Origin: Candidatus Saccharibacteria bacterium 49-20
GTDB lineage: Bacteria > Patescibacteriota > Saccharimonadia > Saccharimonadales > Saccharimonadaceae
Direction of reading: 5' to 3'
Length of the DNA stretch: 64,000 nt
Assembly: GCA_001897295.1 (NCBI GenBank)
Contig: MKSN01000001.1
Location: 672,141 to 736,140 of the forward strand
Position 1 is the first letter of the stretch, and each line of letters begins with the position of its first letter. The position numbers and the translations under genes were made by a program. Below the pieces are notes generated by a model. The model did not search any database. It was not told the DNA's origin and saw only the letters and a list, made by a program, of their open reading frames with translations. This document shows, in pieces, positions 1 to 9,356 of the stretch.

Positions 1-160
1 CCGTCCTTGTGTCATTCGTCACAGCAATAAGCTGAAACCATGGGACGAGCGTCAGAAGCAACCCGACTACAGTTAATAAAAAGAGCGCGTATCCGTAGTA
101 CACGGTCACGCGCATCTGTGCATTATTCCTTTGAACCGATTTTGAAGCTTTTTTAGCCAT
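1..160 (-). CDS. hypothetical membrane protein, N-terminal part only (gene continues past window start)
   Basis: Minus-strand ATG at 158-160. The translation MAKKASKSVQRNNAQMRVTVYYGYALFLLTVVGLLLTLVPWFQLIAVTNDTRT stays open to position 1 and has one clear hydrophobic helix. It is absent from the ORF track because it is truncated. Confidence 0.4.
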   Translation of the reverse strand, partial: MAKKASKSVQRNNAQMRVTVYYGYALFLLTVVGLLLTLVPWFQLIAVTNDTRT

Positions 161-177
161 GCCCACTCCTTTAAAAT

Positions 178-253
178 TGGTACCCCGGGCAGGAATCGAA
201 CCTACAACCTTATCCTTAGGACGGATCTGCTCTTCCAGTTGAGCTACCGAGGC
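178..253 (-). tRNA. tRNA-Arg (anticodon CCU), CCA encoded
   Basis: The reverse complement GCCTCGGTAGCTCAACTGGAAGAGCAGATCCGTCCTAAGGATAAGGTTGTAGGTTCGATTCCTGCCCGGGGTACCA (76 nt) folds by hand into a cloverleaf. Acceptor stem is 7 bp (two G.U pairs), D stem GCTC/GAGC, anticodon loop GT-CCT-AA, T arm GTAGG-TTCGATT-CCTGC, with a terminal CCA. Confidence 0.85.
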
Positions 254-288
254 GTATACCCTATTTTAACAGATGAAAAACGATACAC

Positions 289-675
289 CTATTTACGAAT
301 TCGTTTCCATTCCGCGGATCCATATTGAACAATTCTTTTATACCGCAGCTGCGCGTTCAGCATATATACCGTAGTGGGCGCCACCACGACTGAAAGGATC
401 GCAAACATAGTCAACATCGCACCCACTATACCCTCTGTCTCCACTAGGACTTCAATATGAGTCGAGTGCAATAGTCCGCCCACGATAAGCGCACATACCG
501 CAGTAACTACTGAACCAACAACCGAATACAGCACCAGCTTCCACATAACGGGCTCGACAAATACATCTCGGGGTTCATTTACCTTTAGCTTAAACCGACG
601 AACAAGTGCGATGGGTAAAATCCACACGATAAGCGCGGCCACCGTCCCTAGAAAAATTCCGATATTCGCTTCCAT
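289..675 (-). CDS. hypothetical small integral membrane protein (about 4 TM)
   Basis: 128-aa ORF with four hydrophobic segments. No recognisable motif. Confidence 0.5.
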   Translation of the reverse strand: MEANIGIFLGTVAALIVWILPIALVRRFKLKVNEPRDVFVEPVMWKLVLYSVVGSVVTAVCALIVGGLLHSTHIEVLVETEGIVGAMLTMFAILSVVVAPTTVYMLNAQLRYKRIVQYGSAEWKRIRK

Positions 676-742
676 GCATCCAATATACCAAAGTAAAAAG
701 AGGCCGCAAGTTTGCGACCTCTTTTCATACTATCGTGGCGTA

Positions 743-1246
743 TTAGCGAGTAAACTTCTCGTTCAAAGCCTGGTAGTCGTAAAGTTCATCATCCGAGAAC
801 CAGTGGCCGATTTCTTGCTCAGCTTCTTCTGGGTCACCAGAAGCGTGAATAAGGTTTGGAATACCCTTCTTGGCGCCGTCTGCAAAGCCAAAGCTCATGT
901 GAGAGAAGTCACCGCGGATAGTTCCAGGAAGTGCAGACTTCGGCTCGGTTGTACCGACAAGCTTGCGCACGAGTGCAACCGCCTCGACACCTTCAAACAC
1001 CATGGCAATCACTGGGCCTTGGAGCATAAGGTCGAGAGTAATATTAAAGGTTTCTTCGCCACGACGAGTCACCATCTTACCAATATCTTCGTAGTGCTTG
1101 TAGTAGTGATCGCGGTCTGGTGCGATCATCTTTGTAGCGACAATCTTAAGGCCTACACGCTCGAAACGAGTAAGGATTTCCCCTACAACGCCGCGCTGCA
1201 CTGCGTCCGGCTTAAATAGTACCAATGTCTTTTCAACATCTGCCAT
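743..1246 (-). CDS. ndk: nucleoside-diphosphate kinase
   Basis: KTLVLFKPDAVQRG N-terminus, GTIRGDF and NLIHASG (active-site His) motifs typical of NDK. 167 aa. Confidence 0.93.
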   Translation of the reverse strand: MADVEKTLVLFKPDAVQRGVVGEILTRFERVGLKIVATKMIAPDRDHYYKHYEDIGKMVTRRGEETFNITLDLMLQGPVIAMVFEGVEAVALVRKLVGTTEPKSALPGTIRGDFSHMSFGFADGAKKGIPNLIHASGDPEEAEQEIGHWFSDDELYDYQALNEKFTR

Positions 1247-1279
1247 GAATTCTTCCCTTCGGAATTAACTGTATTACTT

Positions 1280-2080
1280 TTATTGTACCAAAAGAATGGT
1301 CGCGAGCACGAGTGCTAAGCCAATGCGGTACCATCCAAACACTGCCAATGAGTGCTTCGAGAGGAACTTCATCAAGAAGCCCACCGCAAGCAAGCCACTA
1401 GCGAAGGCAAAGAAGTTTGCCAATGCGAGCGTACCGAAGTGTGACATAAGGTAGTCGCTGTCGGTCAAAAGCACCTTAAGTGTCACGCCGGCCATAATCG
1501 GAAGCGACGCGAGGAAACTATACTCGGCAGCTTCAGCGGCACTAAGCCCCATAAAGCGACCGGCAATAATAGTCGAGCCGGATCGTGAGGTACCTGGAAT
1601 CAGCGCGAGTACCTGCGCGCCACCAATAATAAGCGCGCGCCACCATGGAAGCTTTTCGCCGTCTTTCATTGGTGAGAGCTTTGGAAGCTTCTCAAGTACC
1701 ACCATTACCACACCGACAATCGCCAGCGTAAACACCACTACCACCGCACTGGTAAAGAACGGGGTTTCTTCGATAAAACCAGCCAAAAGGAACCCAGCGA
1801 CACCTGCAGGAAGTGCAGTAATAAGGATGTTGCGCGCCAAACGATAATTACGGTTCTTGGTAATATCAACCAGAATCTTCCAGATTTTCTTACGGAAGAA
1901 TACGAGCAGCGCGAGCATCGTACCAATGTTAATAAACTCGAGGAATAAGTGGTCACCGCCACCGCCAAAAAGATACTGCGCAATCACAAGGTGTCCCGAA
2001 CTACTAATCGGAATGAACTCGGTAAGTCCCTGAATGAGGCCTAGGATAATTGCTTCTAACCACGCTGGCATTGTACCCAT
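1280..2080 (-). CDS. uppP: undecaprenyl-diphosphate phosphatase (UppP/BacA)
   Basis: GLTEFIPISSSGHL and PGTSRSGSTI signature motifs. Polytopic membrane protein of 266 aa. Confidence 0.92.
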   Translation of the reverse strand: MGTMPAWLEAIILGLIQGLTEFIPISSSGHLVIAQYLFGGGGDHLFLEFINIGTMLALLVFFRKKIWKILVDITKNRNYRLARNILITALPAGVAGFLLAGFIEETPFFTSAVVVVFTLAIVGVVMVVLEKLPKLSPMKDGEKLPWWRALIIGGAQVLALIPGTSRSGSTIIAGRFMGLSAAEAAEYSFLASLPIMAGVTLKVLLTDSDYLMSHFGTLALANFFAFASGLLAVGFLMKFLSKHSLAVFGWYRIGLALVLATILLVQ

Positions 2081-2117
2081 TCTACCCTGTTTGACGGTTT
2101 TAGGCTATGCTAATAGC

Positions 2118-3050
2118 ATGAGCAGTTACGAACAAAAGTATGTCTCCGACTACATTCTCGACTTTATCGAACACCTTGAGGTTGAGGGTGGACGCATGCC
2201 GCGCACTGCTGAAAACTATGAATTTTATCTAAATCGCTTTGTCGAGTTTGCAGGTGACATCACACCCGACCAAATTACCGCCGAACTTCTTCGTAAGTAC
2301 CGCCTATGGCTCAACCGCTACAAGAGCCTCGACGGCAACGAACTTGCCATGATTACGCAGTCCTACCACCTAATCGCCCTTAGGGGCTTTCTGAAGTACT
2401 TCTCACGACGCGATATCCCCTCGATGGCACCCGATAAAATCGAACTTCCTAAAACGCACCGCAAACAGGTCACCTTCCTTCACTACGACGAAGTCGTACG
2501 CCTCCTTGAACAAGTCGATACCAACGAAGAAAGCGGCCTGCGCGACCGCGCCATCCTCGAACTCCTCTTCTCAAGCGGTCTGCGTGTCTCTGAACTTGTG
2601 AATTTAAACCGCGACCACATTAACACCAAGCGTCGAGAATTTATGGTACGCGGTAAGGGTCAAAAAGACCGCCCAGTCTACATTAGCGAATCTGCCGCCG
2701 ATTGGGTTGAACAGTATTTGGCCATCCGCCAAGATACCCTCGCCCCCCTCTTCATTAGTTACAGTAAAAACGTCGAAGCCAACACCAGCGGAGATTACCG
2801 CCGCCTCACCGCCCGCAGTATTCAGCGCATGGTCAGTAAGTATGCCCGCCTCGCAGGCATCACAAAGCACGTCAGCCCGCACACTATGCGTCACAGCTTC
2901 GCAACAGACCTTCTGATGAATGGCGCTGATCTACGCAGCGTCCAAAGCATGCTTGGCCATAGCAACATCGCAACCACCCAAATCTACACCCACGTCACCG
3001 ATGCGCATCTGAAAGATGTGTATGAGAAGTTCCACAGCGAATCTCGCTAG
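2118..3050 (+). CDS. tyrosine site-specific recombinase, XerC/XerD family
   Basis: N-terminal SAM-like core-binding domain. C-terminal catalytic region has LLFSSGLRVSEL ... HTMRHSFATDLL ... LGHSNIATTQIYTHV (R, H-x-x-R, H, Y). Start placed at ATG 2118 because the 2034 start overlaps uppP by 47 nt. Confidence 0.88.
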   Translation: MSSYEQKYVSDYILDFIEHLEVEGGRMPRTAENYEFYLNRFVEFAGDITPDQITAELLRKYRLWLNRYKSLDGNELAMITQSYHLIALRGFLKYFSRRDIPSMAPDKIELPKTHRKQVTFLHYDEVVRLLEQVDTNEESGLRDRAILELLFSSGLRVSELVNLNRDHINTKRREFMVRGKGQKDRPVYISESAADWVEQYLAIRQDTLAPLFISYSKNVEANTSGDYRRLTARSIQRMVSKYARLAGITKHVSPHTMRHSFATDLLMNGADLRSVQSMLGHSNIATTQIYTHVTDAHLKDVYEKFHSESR

Positions 3051-3166
3051 CCCAAAATACTTCTAGTGTTTCTGAGCGACATCTGCAACCCAAGTTGAGC
3101 CGGGCGCAGAGGCCCCGGCAAAACGTGGCGTGAAGCCGTCCGAAGAAACTCTAGAAGTGTTTTGGG
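3051..3166. repeat. 116-bp element with 23-bp terminal inverted repeats (2 mismatches) and an internal GC hairpin; bidirectional terminator or MITE-like element
   Basis: The left arm cccaaaatacttctagtgtttct (3051-3073) pairs with the right arm agaaactctagaagtgttttggg (3144-3166). An inner hairpin gccggg...cccggc sits around 3099-3119. The element exactly fills the gap between the convergent xer and PilX-like genes. Confidence 0.6.
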
Positions 3167-3172
3167 TTACAG

Positions 3173-4429
3173 TTACGGTGTGCAAGAACCAGCAATATAC
3201 GCATCATTCGTCACGCCAAAGTCTTTACAGAAGTTGCCAGTGACATCGATACTTGCATCTGGATACGGGAAGCTGGTGTCGTAAAGGTCAACGCGGCTTA
3301 AGATGCGCCTGAACACATCGTTTGCGCGTCCTGTTGAGTCGATTTCTGGCTGCACGTCCTTGAAACGAATGACATTTGAGCCAGAGGCGTCTGGGGCGCC
3401 GCCGGTGCTCAGTGCAATCTCGTAGTGCGTGGCGTTATAGAACGGCGTCAGGCGTAGGAATGCGGTGCGATCTCCCCCACCAATAGGTGTTGGCAAACGA
3501 AGTGACATCGCACAGGCATAGCCACCGCTACTCACGTTCGCGCGGCACTGCACGCCAACCGGTGATGAGTTTGGTGAGTCTGGATCTGGATCGTCGGCTG
3601 CATTATTTTTACGAATATCCTGGCCTACAAATGGAGTCGTATTTGGAATATAGCCGATTGCAGCGTTACCACTTGAAGTGCCCGAGTATGGGTATAAGAA
3701 CAGTGTATTCGAGTTACTTTGGCTGCTTCCATTGACGATATCAAAGTCGCCTAGTGTGAAGTTTGTACCAAACTGAATGAGCTGCGCGCGCATCACCGAA
3801 GGGCGCCCCGCAGGCCATGAACTCTGCTGCAAGAGTGGTCGTGGTGAAGAAAGCGGGTTAAGGCTCACCGCACCCGTGACGTTACTCACGTCATCGCGGT
3901 CGTACCAATATACCGTCACCGTGTCGTAGCCAGATACGCCTACAAGTGGGATCATCTGACCCTGGTTTGGCGAAGCATTTCCTACATAGCGTTCCGTTTC
4001 AAGCTTCATCGTCAAACAGGTATAGGCCTGGTTGAGGTCGACATCGTTCGAACTTGATGATTGCTGCACCTTAATTTCACCCGGTGTCGATGGTGAGCCG
4101 CCCGTCACGGCTGAATTAGGCACTACCCCACCAACCAGCACGCCGGCGTTACAGACGTCGGTTGAAAGTTGGCTGCTAAGCGCCGCACAGTCGGTTGGTG
4201 AATTTGAACACACTTGCTGGTAACGAAGCAAGGCGCGCTTAGCGTCTTCAACACCTGCCATCGCTGAGTCATAGGCGCTTTGCGACAAGTCATTGTCACT
4301 TGATTGCTGTTGGTCAGACATCATGAGGCGCAGGAAGCTCACGGTAATCACCGTGATAATAAGCATCGCGAAAATAACGACAAATAGTGAAACTGCACCT
4401 GCTTGTTTGTTCCTGCTCATGGTTTTCAT
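3173..4429 (-). CDS. PilX-like pilus assembly/minor-pilin-associated protein
   Basis: N-terminus QAGAVSLFVVIFAMLIITVITVSFLRLM resembles a PilX_N hydrophobic segment. Last gene of the minor-pilin run, with a 1-nt TAATG overlap with the upstream pilin gene. The large Ser/Thr/Asn-rich body has conserved Cys residues. Confidence 0.65.
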   Translation of the reverse strand: MKTMSRNKQAGAVSLFVVIFAMLIITVITVSFLRLMMSDQQQSSDNDLSQSAYDSAMAGVEDAKRALLRYQQVCSNSPTDCAALSSQLSTDVCNAGVLVGGVVPNSAVTGGSPSTPGEIKVQQSSSSNDVDLNQAYTCLTMKLETERYVGNASPNQGQMIPLVGVSGYDTVTVYWYDRDDVSNVTGAVSLNPLSSPRPLLQQSSWPAGRPSVMRAQLIQFGTNFTLGDFDIVNGSSQSNSNTLFLYPYSGTSSGNAAIGYIPNTTPFVGQDIRKNNAADDPDPDSPNSSPVGVQCRANVSSGGYACAMSLRLPTPIGGGDRTAFLRLTPFYNATHYEIALSTGGAPDASGSNVIRFKDVQPEIDSTGRANDVFRRILSRVDLYDTSFPYPDASIDVTGNFCKDFGVTNDAYIAGSCTP

Positions 4430-5163
4430 TAAACCCTATTCCCCGCCCTAATGACAAGGCTAAATTGTTTTACATTACAGTATCCAGTATCGGCACCAGC
4501 CTGCCCTGCGTTCAAACACGAAAGTTGGTCGGTTGCCATTGTCGCGTTCTCCCCAGACCCAAGCACGTACTCAAAGGTATAGAGTCGCTCGTTCGTCGTG
4601 CTGTCATAGGCAGAACTCGTCGTACTTAAAGTAATCTTATTGATATTCATTTTGTAATCACCCGCCGAAACGAGTTCCTGCGTCTGCGCCACGTCCGCCG
4701 AGCGCACGTTCTTGTAGGTCAGAGCCCCGAGAGCATTTACTGAACAATATAATTTTGCCGCGTCAGGCACCTTCACCAGGTGCACTTCTCGAGTGTGAGA
4801 GGTATTTGTTTCCGTGCCGTACCAGACAAGGTTTGAGTCTGTCGGGTTGCCGGTTGCAGGTGTTTGGAGTGCTTTGCCGTTATTCCAGATATAGGTGTAG
4901 TTGCCAAGGCAGATGCGCCCACCCGCGCTCGTGGTGCGGTAATCAGTCGCCAGCGTAATCGCCTCTACTGAAGAAAGTGACTTACGGAAATCAGCCGAGA
5001 TATCACGCGATACTTGATTCACCTCTTTGAGCGAGAGGCCCTTGCGATAAATCGTACCGATTTGAATCACCGTCATCGCGATCCCAAGCAGCAGCACCGC
5101 GATAAAGCTCATCGCGAGCATGAGTTCAATAATGGTAAATCCCTTTTTAGCCGCGTGGTTCAT
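4429..5163 (-). CDS. type IV minor pilin (prepilin-type N-terminal cleavage/methylation domain)
   Basis: Class III signal KKG|FTIIELMLAMSFIAVLLLGIAM with Glu at +5. Confidence 0.8.
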   Translation of the reverse strand: MNHAAKKGFTIIELMLAMSFIAVLLLGIAMTVIQIGTIYRKGLSLKEVNQVSRDISADFRKSLSSVEAITLATDYRTTSAGGRICLGNYTYIWNNGKALQTPATGNPTDSNLVWYGTETNTSHTREVHLVKVPDAAKLYCSVNALGALTYKNVRSADVAQTQELVSAGDYKMNINKITLSTTSSAYDSTTNERLYTFEYVLGSGENATMATDQLSCLNAGQAGADTGYCNVKQFSLVIRAGNRV

Positions 5164-5779
5164 AAAGCCTCACAATTGTTCCTATATTCATTGGTGTCTT
5201 CAACCCCGGACCGTCCCAGCAGGCGCGAATATGGAAATCGGTGTAGCCCGTATTCTGCTGGTTCACATCAGCGCTTGAACCCGAGCGAATTGGCTCTACC
5301 CAAATACCCTGACTCTGCGTAAGGTTTGATCCAGTATAGACGAGCTTCGCGTAGACATCTGGGTATTTGTACGTCGCTGTCGTACTGAGTGTTGCAGTCT
5401 TTGGGTTGACGATAATACTTCCTGTCGGTCGAGTACCACAAGGTTGCGTACCAAACTTAGTCGCCGCACGAATGCCATTGTCGTAGTTGTCTTGTGCCTG
5501 CGCCACTACTTTAGCGTACTCGGCCGCAGGACCAGTTGCTGAAGCAAGGTTAATGCCCGCATAGTAGGCTTGAACATACGAGTCGTGCATAAAGCGAAGC
5601 GCTTCGGCCTGGCTGTCGATCTCTTGGCGTACCTGGGTGAGCTCAAGTGAGCGCTGCGATGCCGCCGTACCTTGATTCATAAGTGAAATGGCCGACACGA
5701 CAATCAGGCTAAAGACGGTTACTGCAAAGAGCACCTCGATGATAGTATCGCCCCTTTGGCGCCTACGAATCCCTAACAT
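5147..5779 (-). CDS. type IV minor pilin-like protein (atypical +1 residue)
   Basis: RG|[24 protein letters not shown] keeps Gly-1 and Glu+5, but +1 is Asp rather than Phe/Met. Overlaps both neighbouring pilin genes. Confidence 0.62.
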   Translation of the reverse strand: MLGIRRRQRGDTIIEVLFAVTVFSLIVVSAISLMNQGTAASQRSLELTQVRQEIDSQAEALRFMHDSYVQAYYAGINLASATGPAAEYAKVVAQAQDNYDNGIRAATKFGTQPCGTRPTGSIIVNPKTATLSTTATYKYPDVYAKLVYTGSNLTQSQGIWVEPIRSGSSADVNQQNTGYTDFHIRACWDGPGLKTPMNIGTIVRLYEPRG

Positions 5780-6579
5780 TGTGACGGTGTCCCCGCAAGG
5801 TCATTCGTACGCACCTCGATCGCGCTGGCTGAAGTTGCAAACGATGAAATATAAATACCACTATCCCCACCTACCGTAAGGCCACCAGAAGACACGCAGA
5901 GCGTTCGAGCAGCCTGTCCCGGCTTAGTGTTTCCCGCAACAAGCAGGTTCGTGAAGGTAGACTGATTAATTGCGTTCTTCGCCGGTACAGAGTCGCTTGT
6001 AAAGGTATACATCATGCCTGAATCTGGTGAGCGAATAAACAAAATGCCAATCCTACGTGGTGATGATGCGCCGGTGACAGCGACATCTTGCTGCTTGGTT
6101 GGGTCGGAGTTGGCCTTCGCCCACGCGATAGACGTACCCCACTCGAGCTGACGCTCGTCAACTTGCGTGTTTGAAGCGCTCAGTGCGTAGTTGCTGCGAA
6201 GTTTATTGACATCACTTCCCGTTGAGCCCGTCCCTCGGTCTACTGCAAGTACGCTATAGATTGAAATGTCCTGGCCTTCGATGCGCATGTACTTACCTAC
6301 GAGGAAACAGTCGCTCTGTCCCCTAAACTCGTTGCCGCCAGAAACAGAATTCGCGTTATTGTCACACGACCAAGAATTGTCGCGTCCATTCTGGACGTTC
6401 GAGAGCTCTGAGTACTGTGCCTGAAGGAGTGACTTGAAGCTCTCGGTCGAATCACGATACCGCTGCACGTTAAGTGAGGCCCCTGCGCCCGCAATCATGC
6501 CAATAATCAAGAAGCCCGTTACCGCGAGGAAGAGCATTGTCTCGATAATCGTAAACCCTTTAGATGCCCGGATGCCCAT
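5773..6579 (-). CDS. type IV minor pilin
   Basis: SKG|[20 protein letters not shown] class III signal peptide. Confidence 0.8.
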   Translation of the reverse strand: MGIRASKGFTIIETMLFLAVTGFLIIGMIAGAGASLNVQRYRDSTESFKSLLQAQYSELSNVQNGRDNSWSCDNNANSVSGGNEFRGQSDCFLVGKYMRIEGQDISIYSVLAVDRGTGSTGSDVNKLRSNYALSASNTQVDERQLEWGTSIAWAKANSDPTKQQDVAVTGASSPRRIGILFIRSPDSGMMYTFTSDSVPAKNAINQSTFTNLLVAGNTKPGQAARTLCVSSGGLTVGGDSGIYISSFATSASAIEVRTNDLAGTPSQC

Positions 6580-6589
6580 ATCTGGGCTA

Positions 6590-6598
6590 ATTATAGCA
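6590..6598 (-). promoter_or_regulatory. extended -10 element TGCTATAAT upstream of the minor-pilin genes
   Basis: The minus strand reads gcttaTGCTATAATtagcccagatATG. The hexamer ends 10 nt before the ATG at 6579, with no SD in between. Confidence 0.45.
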
Positions 6599-6610
6599 TA
6601 AGCAGTTCTA

Positions 6611-7504
6611 TTAAATACCTAGTGTTGCAAGATACCAATCAAGAATGTGCCACCCGATAAACCATGCCAAAATCGTACCCGAAATTAACATCGGTCCGAA
6701 CGGGATATGCGAAGTACGCTCCACCTTCTTCATCGCAAGCAGCGGAATCACAATAAGGCAGCCGATGAAGTTCGCAAGGAACAGCGCCACGCCCGCGAGC
6801 TGCCAGTCAACCAAGATCAGCCCCAGGCCCACGCCAAGCTTTACATCACCAAACCCAACCCAGCGGCCCTGAGAAATCGCATAGAGCACTGCATAGAGCC
6901 CCGAGAGAAGCCCTACTGCGCCAATTGCAGTCAGGATTGTACCACCAATATCCTGCGTCTCAGCCGCCGAAACACCCACAATACCAAGCCCTACTACGGC
7001 GAGCGCAATCACAAAGCTGTCAGGGAGCAAGAACCACTTCAGGTCATAGGCAAACAATACCGCCATAATGACGCCTGCGGCGAGCCACAATACGAAATGC
7101 GCAATCTCGAGGCCAGTGGTGACCCCACCTGGCCAGAACGCGTACGACAGCACGAAAAACGCAATCGTTCCGAGCTCCATAAGTAATTCAAACTTACCGA
7201 TTGGGTGTTTACACTTACGGCAACGGCCCCTAAGCGATAGCCAGCTGATGACTGGGATCAGATCATACCACTTGAGCTCGTAACCACACTCCAAGCAACG
7301 CGAGCGATCCTGCATAGTCTTTTTTCCAAGTAGCTTTTTCAGGCGCGAGTATTCCTTGTGATCATACGGCTCTTTCGCCGCCTTATCGGCCTGCAGCTGC
7401 CTTGCTCGAAGCCGCCATACCGTTGCACCCGCAAAACTACCGAAACATGCGCCAACGAGCACCAGCGCCAAGTACACAACAAATTCATTCATAAGCACCA
7501 TCAT
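6611..7504 (-). CDS. pilD: prepilin peptidase (A24 family, PilD)
   Basis: N-terminal Cys-rich segment [33 protein letters not shown], multiple TM segments, and GFGDVKL and PFGPML Asp-box regions. Confidence 0.92.
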   Translation of the reverse strand: MMVLMNEFVVYLALVLVGACFGSFAGATVWRLRARQLQADKAAKEPYDHKEYSRLKKLLGKKTMQDRSRCLECGYELKWYDLIPVISWLSLRGRCRKCKHPIGKFELLMELGTIAFFVLSYAFWPGGVTTGLEIAHFVLWLAAGVIMAVLFAYDLKWFLLPDSFVIALAVVGLGIVGVSAAETQDIGGTILTAIGAVGLLSGLYAVLYAISQGRWVGFGDVKLGVGLGLILVDWQLAGVALFLANFIGCLIVIPLLAMKKVERTSHIPFGPMLISGTILAWFIGWHILDWYLATLGI

Positions 7505-7574
7505 AGCACGGCCGCGCCCCCTACTAAAAGAAAGAGCCCCGTTGGAGCTCTTTCTTCATAAGGAAACTTAGTTC

Positions 7575-8060
7575 CTAGGTGTCGAGACAGTAACCAGACT
7601 TGTTACCACCTTCAAGTTGTGTCACGGTTGCGAATTGACGAGATGTACCCGCAGTAATTGTTACAGAACCGTTCACTCCATTAGAGCCACACTTCATACC
7701 CTTGTAGACACGGATGGTGCCGTCAGGAATCGTGTAAGTACCTGCAGTTGCCGGGTTTACCACGGTCACAGTGTTGATGTTGTTTGACAGCTTAGCGAAG
7801 GTCTTATTGGTACCAGTACCAGTTGCTTCGAGTTGGTTGTCCATGTTCGCGGTAGTTGGGAACGTACCACGGTTGTTATTGGCGTATGTTGTTACTGCTG
7901 AAGCCACAGAACCTACGTCACTCTTACGAGCCGTGTCGCGTTGGCCACTCTGAAGCGCTGGGAGTGCCACGAAGACCATCAAGAAGATTAGACCCGCGAT
8001 AGCAAGCACCAAGACAACCTCGATGATTGTGAATCCTTTATTTTGTTTTACGAAGTTCAT
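7575..8060 (-). CDS. pilA: major type IV pilin
   Basis: MNFVKQNKG|FTIIEVVLVLAIAGLIFLMVFVALPALQ, 161 aa, with a C-terminal Cys pair (KCGS...GYCLDT). Start placed at ATG 8060, preceded by AAAGGTGGG. The ORF-track start at 8081 would add 7 residues. Confidence 0.85.
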   Translation of the reverse strand: MNFVKQNKGFTIIEVVLVLAIAGLIFLMVFVALPALQSGQRDTARKSDVGSVASAVTTYANNNRGTFPTTANMDNQLEATGTGTNKTFAKLSNNINTVTVVNPATAGTYTIPDGTIRVYKGMKCGSNGVNGSVTITAGTSRQFATVTQLEGGNKSGYCLDT

Positions 8061-8141
8061 TTGGGTTAGCCCACCTTTCATATGAACATTAATTCGGTTA
8101 AGCTTATACTAAACCACTTTTTTTACGTTGTCTAGCTCTTT

Positions 8142-9353
8142 TTAGACGCTAATACCGTTCACCAAGCTATAGATTGGGAATAGAATTGCGCCCACCATTC
8201 CTCCCGCGACAACCGCGAGGACAACCATGAGAATTGGCTCAATAGCCGTTGAAATGGTGCGAATTTGTTCGTCGAGCTCGTCTTCGTATACTTGGGCAAC
8301 CTTACCCATCATTTCGTCGATCTTACCCGACTGTTCACCAATACGAATCATCTGCGATACAAGTGGTTCAATAAGCTCTTCTGGTTCAAGTGCAGTCGAA
8401 AGCGCCTTACCGCCCTGCACCTTATCTGCAGCGCGTACAATCGCCGCTTCAAGCAAGGTGTTGTTAATAGCGTGGCTCGTGACCTTGAGGGTGTCGAGCA
8501 TGCTCACACCCGTACTAAGAAGGGTCTGTGCAGTACGCGCAAAGCGCGCCATGTAGAGCTTCGAGAACATCTTACCGAATAACGGCACTTTAAGCTTAAA
8601 GGTGTCCTTAAACTTAATACCATTCTCGGTCTTCATGAACTGCACGAGGAAGAAAATACCAATACCGAGGACGATTGCCACGAGCCACCAGAAGCCTGCC
8701 AAGAAGTTCGCCATCTTCACCATGATGTCAGTCAGGACTGGAAGTGGCTTTCCAAGGTCGTCATACAGCTTTTCCACCTGTGGAACAACCGTGAACAACA
8801 TGAAGGCCATCACACCACCAATCACAAAGAGGACAATCATTGGGTACATCATGGCACCACGAATACGGCCCGCAACGGCAGCGTCTTTTTCTTGCTGGTT
8901 TGCAATGCGCTGGAGCGATTCATCGAGCGTACCCGACAACTCACCTGCTGCAATAAGCGAAAGGAAGACTTCGTTAAACACCTTTGGGTGCTTTGCGAAT
9001 GAGTCAGAAAGCGAGCGACCACCCTCAACCGAGACAGAGATATCTTCGACAACCGCCTGAAGCTGCTTGTTTTGCGTTTGATCCTTCACGGTATGAAGGC
9101 TCTGGCTAAGCGGCAACCCTGCGCCAATCAAGGTTGCAAGCTGACGCGTAAAGACAACCTTATCTTTCGTACCAATACGGCCATTGATGCGGCTCATGAA
9201 GCTTCCGTCACCAATTTGCTCTTTGACGTTCAGTGGCACGAAGCCCTGCTTAATCAGCAGGCGTGCAGCAGCGGTTTCAGAGTCGGCCTGAATAGTCGAC
9301 TTTACAACCTTATTGGTCGCCTGATCCCTTGCTTCATAGGTAAATTTTTTCAC
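8142..9353 (-). CDS. pilC: type IV pilus platform protein PilC (GspF family)
   Basis: 403 aa with two GspF-type repeats and three TM segments. Lies in pilB-pilT-pilC context. Confidence 0.93.
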   Translation of the reverse strand: MKKFTYEARDQATNKVVKSTIQADSETAAARLLIKQGFVPLNVKEQIGDGSFMSRINGRIGTKDKVVFTRQLATLIGAGLPLSQSLHTVKDQTQNKQLQAVVEDISVSVEGGRSLSDSFAKHPKVFNEVFLSLIAAGELSGTLDESLQRIANQQEKDAAVAGRIRGAMMYPMIVLFVIGGVMAFMLFTVVPQVEKLYDDLGKPLPVLTDIMVKMANFLAGFWWLVAIVLGIGIFFLVQFMKTENGIKFKDTFKLKVPLFGKMFSKLYMARFARTAQTLLSTGVSMLDTLKVTSHAINNTLLEAAIVRAADKVQGGKALSTALEPEELIEPLVSQMIRIGEQSGKIDEMMGKVAQVYEDELDEQIRTISTAIEPILMVVLAVVAGGMVGAILFPIYSLVNGISV

Positions 9354-9356
9354 CTG

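Noticed and set aside
2034-2117. An upstream extension of the xer recombinase ORF.
   Set aside because: It would overlap uppP by 47 nt and adds a non-conserved hydrophobic peptide. The ATG at 2118 begins the recognisable recombinase N-domain.
3051-3166. The possibility that the inverted repeat next to the xer gene is a dif recombination site.
   Set aside because: dif-type sites are about 28 bp with 11-bp arms around a 6-bp spacer. This element has 23-bp arms separated by 70 bp.
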